Of a DNA stretch of 64,000 nt, positions 59,699-64,000 are shown piece after piece. Under the pieces are notes generated by a model that saw only the letters and a list, made by a program, of their open reading frames with translations, did no database searches and was not told where the DNA came from. The position numbers and the translations under genes are program-made. The first letter of the stretch is position 1; each line of letters starts with the position of its first letter. This stretch comes from Acidimicrobiia bacterium (GTDB lineage: Bacteria > Actinomycetota > Acidimicrobiia > IMCC26256 > JAGNEX01). The stretch is from the NCBI GenBank assembly GCA_020637365.1, contig JACJWE010000001.1, positions 137,208 through 201,207 on the forward strand, given 5' to 3'.

Positions 59699-60778
59699 CT
59701 ATCCGGTGATGCCGATCTGGGTCAGGAAGTCGGCAGCGACATCGCTCGCTTCCTCACCGTCGACCGAAACCCGGCGGTTGAGGTCAGCCATGGTTTCCTC
59801 ATCGAGAGGAGCAAAGAGGGCTGTCGCGATTGCCTCGAACGCTTCGGGATCCTGCTGGTAGAGCTCATCGCGCATCGTGATCGATACGTTGTAGATGATG
59901 AACACCCCGTCGTCTTCGACAATCGTCAAGTCGAGGGCGGGGATGCGGCCGTCGGTGGTGAAGATCTCACCGAACTCACACGATCCCGTGGCGGTCTCGT
60001 TATAGATGATCCCGGTATCGAGAATCTCGATCTGGTCTTGTGGGATCTCAAAGCCGGTTGCGTCTTCGAACAAGATCAGGCCGTCAGGACGATCGGGAAA
60101 CTCCGACTCCAAGCAGACCGTCGCGTCTGGGTTGTCCTGAAGGTAGGTGGCCATGCTCTCAAGCGTGAACGGGCCGCCATTCGATTCGGTGAGATCCGGT
60201 CCGGTAGCAAACCCGTAGGTGTCGTTGAACGGGCTTTGCCCAACCCAACGAATCGAGTTCTCGGCAAGGTCCATCTCGGAGACGTCTTTGGTCAGTTGGT
60301 CAGAGTCAAAACTGGGATCTTCTTGACCGAGGTGCACGGTCCAGCCGGTGCCGTTGTACTCGGGGTACACGTCGATATCGCCGGATTCGAGCGCTGCACG
60401 AGCGACCGCAGTTCCCCCGAGGTCGACACGGTTGTCAACGTTGGCGCCGAAGTGTTCGAAGGTCTGGACGAGTATCTCGCCGAGCACCAACTGTTCAGTG
60501 AAATCTTTGGATCCAACGGCAATGTCGATGTCGGTCAGATCGATGGCGCCCAGGTCGCCAACCGCACCAGTGGTGGTGTCGGACATGCCATCGTCAGCGG
60601 TAGTCGTCCCGGTGCCGTCCCCGGCGCCGTCATCGCCAGCGTTAGCAGCAGCGGTCGTGGTCGTGTCGGTATCCCCGCCGCCGCTGTCGTCGTCATCGTC
60701 ACTGCATGCCGATGCAACCAGGGCCAGGGCCCCAAAGATCGCGATGAGCATCAACCAGCTGAAGTTACGTTTTCGCAT
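59699..60778 (-). CDS. Glycine betaine/choline-type ABC substrate-binding lipoprotein (OpuC/OsmF family)
   Basis: Lipobox 'LVASAC', an acidic linker and OpuAC-like fold motifs ('DIDVYPEYNGTGW'). Confidence 0.85.
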   Translation of the reverse strand: MRKRNFSWLMLIAIFGALALVASACSDDDDDSGGGDTDTTTTAAANAGDDGAGDGTGTTTADDGMSDTTTGAVGDLGAIDLTDIDIAVGSKDFTEQLVLGEILVQTFEHFGANVDNRVDLGGTAVARAALESGDIDVYPEYNGTGWTVHLGQEDPSFDSDQLTKDVSEMDLAENSIRWVGQSPFNDTYGFATGPDLTESNGGPFTLESMATYLQDNPDATVCLESEFPDRPDGLILFEDATGFEIPQDQIEILDTGIIYNETATGSCEFGEIFTTDGRIPALDLTIVEDDGVFIIYNVSITMRDELYQQDPEAFEAIATALFAPLDEETMADLNRRVSVDGEEASDVAADFLTQIGITG

Positions 60779-60898
60779 ATTTCTCTCCTGTCATTGCGAT
60801 GTAAATCGACGGCGCCCGCCGTGTTGTTCCCTGTTGCGGCGCACGTCGCGTATGTCAGGCCGGAGGCGGCTTAGTCGGCGACAACCTGCCGTCACTGT

Positions 60899-60934
60899 CA
60901 CCGCCACCGCCACCGCCACCGCCACCGCCACCGC
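60899..60934. repeat. Perfect hexanucleotide microsatellite (CACCGC)x6
   Basis: Read directly. It lies in the spacer between the opu permease stop (60981) and the binding-protein start (60778). Confidence 0.95.
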
Positions 60935-60980
60935 CGTCGCCTAAATCGGCCTACCGGCTGCCGGTTGTGTCAGCAGGCAG

Positions 60981-61764
60981 CTACAGCCCTCGAGGTCGAA
61001 GGACTCTTTCCGCCACAGACGCGAGCCAGTCAATGGTGAGGGCCAGCAAGGCAGTGATGGCGCTTCCCGTGATCAGCGTGAGGTTCTGATTGAGCTTGAG
61101 ACCCGAGTTGATCGTCTCTCCTAGACCGCCACCGCCGATGAACACCGCGAGGGTCGCAGTGCCCACGTTGATGACGAGCGCGGTTCGTACTCCGGCGAGG
61201 ATCACGGGGACCGCAAGCGGCAATTCGATCTTGGTCAGCACCTGCCAACGGGTCATTCCCATGCCCCTGCCCGCCTCGATCGTGGGTTTGTCAACCTGAT
61301 CGAGTCCCACCATCGTGTTGCGCAAAACGGGGAGAAGGGTAAAGAAGGTGAGGCCGATCATCGAAGCTCGAAAGCCACGGCCCAGCCAGGTGTACATCAA
61401 CACCAATAATCCGTAAGCGGGGAACGCTTGGCCCGAGTTCACGATGCTGAGCACTGGATTGCCCAGTCGACGAAGCCGAGGACGCGTCAGCAGAATCCCG
61501 AGCGGAATGGCGACGACCAGAACCCAGAACGTCGACCAGAACGTGAGCGCGATGTGTTCTTGAATCTGCGGCCAGAGCTTGTTGTCCCAGTCCAACGCGC
61601 TCTCGACCTGGAAAATCTTTGTCTGAGCTCGCGACGTACCACCACAGGGCCAGGCTCAGCAGCGCAAGAGCGGCGGGTGGCAGCACGAGCATTTTCCAGT
61701 CGATGCGGCGTGTCGGCTCAAACCGAGTTTCGACATCGGCCTCGGTCACCGCAACCGCCGTCAT
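60981..61764 (-). pseudogene. Compatible-solute ABC permease (OpuCB/OpuCD-like), 1 frameshift
   Basis: BPD-transporter motifs ('EAGRGMGMTRWQVLTKIELPLAVPVILAGVR'). The N-terminus is in another frame (61291-61764), with the shift at an A/T run near 61612. Confidence 0.8.
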
Positions 61765-62932
61765 GAGTTAACCGCCGTCGGCTTCTCAAGCGCCCGGCGG
61801 GATTCTGCGCGCATGTCTCGCACCACGTCGGTCAGGGTGTCGACGTCGACTGCGCCTTGGAAGGCGCCACGCGCGCCGACGACGCACGCCACCCCAGCAT
61901 TTGAGGCCAGGAGCTCTTCCAGGGCGTCTCGTAGGGTCGCCTGCGGTTCGACGATCGCTTTGACCGGCAGGCCCGCTTCGGTCAGTGGTTTATCCGAGCG
62001 GTCGACAGCGGCCTCGTTGACCCAGCGTTGCGGCCGTCCGTGCTCATCGAGCAGCAGCAGCCATTGTTCGGAGGATTCGTCGAGGCGCTCCATCGCCGCC
62101 TGACGGCCGATCGTCGACGGAGCGGTGGGGATCGCTGACAGCGATACATCCCGGACGCGCGTCGAAGGTTGAGTCCTTTGAGCGTCGATCCGGCTCCGAT
62201 GAAATCAGCCACAAAGTCGTTGGCAGGATTGCCGAGAATGTGAGCGGGTGAATCGAACTGTGCGATCTGAGATCGTTCACCGAGGATCGCGATCAGATCC
62301 CCATCTTGATCGCCTCGTCGATGTCGTGGGTGACAAAGACGATCGTCTTGCGAAGTTCTTGTTGCAGGCGGAGAAACTCGTTCTGGTAGCGTTCCCGGGT
62401 GATTGGATCGATCGCGCCGAACGGCTCGTCCATCAACAGGAACCGGCGGATCGGCAGCCAACGCCCGGGCGACGCCCACACGCTGAGCCTGACCGCCTGA
62501 AAGCTCCTTTGGGTATCGGTTGCGGAACTCACCGGGTGGCAGCCCGACGATGCTGAGCAGTTCGTCGACCCGGTCAGAGGTTTTGTTCTTGTCCCAACCG
62601 AGCAGTTTCAGGACGGTCCCTACGTTCTCGGCGATCGTGCGGTGCGGGAGCAGGCCGATCTGTTGAATGACGTAGCCAATGCGGCGGCGCAGTTTGTCGG
62701 GATTCACCGACGTGACATCTTCGCCGTCGAAGATGATCTTTCCCGCAGTGGGTTCGATCATCCTGTTGATCAGCCGCAGGGTCGTGGACTTGCCGCAACC
62801 CGACGGTCCGACGAGAACGGCGATGTTGCCTTCCGGGATCGCCAGGTCGAGCGCTTCGACAGCCGGTGTGGAACTACCGGGGTAGGTCTTGGAGACGCCC
62901 TGCAATTCGATCATGTTCTTGGTGCTTGCCAT
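61761..62932 (-). pseudogene. Compatible-solute ABC ATPase with a C-terminal CBS pair (OpuCA/ProV-like), 3 frameshifts
   Basis: Walker A 'GPSGCGKSTTL', 'LSGGQAQRVGVARAL', 'LLMDEPFGAIDP' (second frame) and the CBS tail (third frame). Shifts are near 62535, 62293 and 62155. Confidence 0.85.
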
Positions 62933-62951
62933 CAGAGCTTGGTCCGTTCTG

Positions 62952-63612
62952 TCAGCGGGCGGTACTGCCGCGAGGGGTCGTGAAGCGGGCGACCAGCGAA
63001 ATGACGGTGTCCAGTACCAGCGCAAGGAGCACCGTAAAGACGACACCCGCCCAGATGCGCTCGATCCCGCCGGGGAGGGATAGCGGGCCAACCCGTCCTT
63101 GATGAAATCCCCAGACCTCCGCCTTGGACGAGGGTCGCGATCGCAGCGATTCCCGTGTTCAACAGCGTGGCCACGCGAACACCAGCAAAAATCACTGGCA
63201 ATGCCAGTGGGAGTTCAACCCGAAACAGTCGAGTCGTCGATGACATCCCGACCCCTTTGGCGGCTTCGACCACAGCGGGGTCCACCTGTTCCAAACCGAC
63301 GGTGGTGTTTCTCAACACCGGGAGGATCGAGTACATCGTCAGGGCGATCAAGGGCCCTGTCCGTCCGAGCCCTACGAACGGGATGAATATGACGAACAGC
63401 GCCAGCGATGGAATGGTCAGGAAGACCGAAGCGATGGCGAGCACGATGGGTTTAACCCGAGCATTGCGGTGCGACCAAATCCCCAGACCGACGGCGATGA
63501 TCGTCGCGAAAAGCATCGACTCGATAACGAGCCAGGCATGTTGTTGGACGAGGGTCCAGACCTCGCCCCATCGGTCGTCAACAAATGACCACCAACTGCG
63601 GAGCCCACTCAT
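62952..63612 (-). pseudogene. Compatible-solute ABC permease (OpuCB/OpuCD-like), 2 frameshifts near the 3' end
   Basis: 'EAAKGVGMSSTTRLFRVELPLALPVIFAGVR'. The C-terminal 'DFIKDGLA...PGGIERIWAGVVFTVLLALVLD' is recoverable only by switching frames near 63110 and 63073. Confidence 0.8.
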
Positions 63613-63848
63613 AGGCCCCTCGAGAACACATCAGAATGCAGACGTTGTGGAACGGGCATCGTTCCTTTCCTGCCGAGCCAGGTGAGCCCTCGACAACATG
63701 ACAGCGGATACCCTGTCTTAGCCCCCGACGGTAAACATATTTGTGGGGGTCGCGCAAACGCGCAGCGTTATTTTCGGCAAGCCGCCAACTCTGCGAAGGT
63801 GCCTTGAAGCGCGCGAATCCACCGGAGTCGATGTGCGAAGAGCGATCC

Positions 63849-63882
63849 CGGAGAGGGTGCTATGGGGAATGCACCCTCTCCG
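63849..63882. other. Strong 12-bp perfect hairpin in the leader/upstream region of the opu operon
   Basis: cggagagggtgc-N10-gcaccctctccg. This may be a terminator of the gene beyond the window edge or a leader structure. Confidence 0.5.
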
Positions 63883-64000
63883 AATGCGAGCCGCCCAGGT
63901 GGGGTCGGGGGCGTGGGGAGAGCGGCAGAGTCATCAAACAATGGTTCAGTAACGGTCGCGTAACGGACATGTCGGCAGCAGGCCGCGGTCGTCGTTCATT

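Noticed and set aside
63613-63960. c-di-AMP (ydaO) riboswitch in the opu leader
   Set aside because: The conserved GGGGACCCA / GGGGTGAATCC / CCGACAGCTAACC-type elements are not recognisable on the minus strand.

Overview
This window is a high-GC actinobacterial chromosomal segment. The lineage (Actinomycetota, possibly Acidimicrobiia-like) is inferred from gene order only.

**Left half (about 1-27 kb): conserved housekeeping backbone, all reading frames intact.**
- Two TetR regulators and a diiron oxygenase.
- rnj-ftsK-rimO-pgsA-cinA-recA, then miaB-miaA-dapF-hflX.
- A contiguous dapC-dapD-dapE block.
- lexA, divergent from a small membrane-protein gene.
- Class II ribonucleotide reductase nrdJ, a DUF45 peptidase and mscL.

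**Right half (about 27-64 kb): more accessory content.**
- A Pel/galactosaminogalactan-like exopolysaccharide locus: PelF-like GT4, a polytopic membrane protein, a NodB-type deacetylase lipoprotein and a GH114 endo-alpha-1,4-polygalactosaminidase lipoprotein.
- DUF3097, ctaA-rnhA and dut.
- Three tRNAs (Gly-GCC, Cys-GCA, Val-GAC), each with its own terminator, separated by secreted or surface-protein genes and proS.
- Two SGNH hydrolases, an F420-type (DDN-family) oxidoreductase, and mutY coupled to a cNMP-binding GNAT acetyltransferase.
- A block with a permuted-papain-like protein, two SARP regulators and a MacB/FtsX-type ABC exporter.
- An OpuC-type compatible-solute ABC importer.

**Main points**
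1. The hybrid Pel/GAG-like exopolysaccharide locus.
2. SOS circuitry readable directly from the DNA: LexA boxes at recA and lexA, a RecA-NDp-like second recA promoter, and a candidate SOS-controlled small membrane protein.
3. At least 18 frameshifts, those traced lying at short homopolymers, all in the right half and including proS. These look more like base-calling errors than decay, so pseudogene calls there need read-level verification.
4. Several short tandem repeats and a 520-bp structured G/C-skewed intergenic region.

No CRISPR array, transposase, integrase or rRNA was seen.
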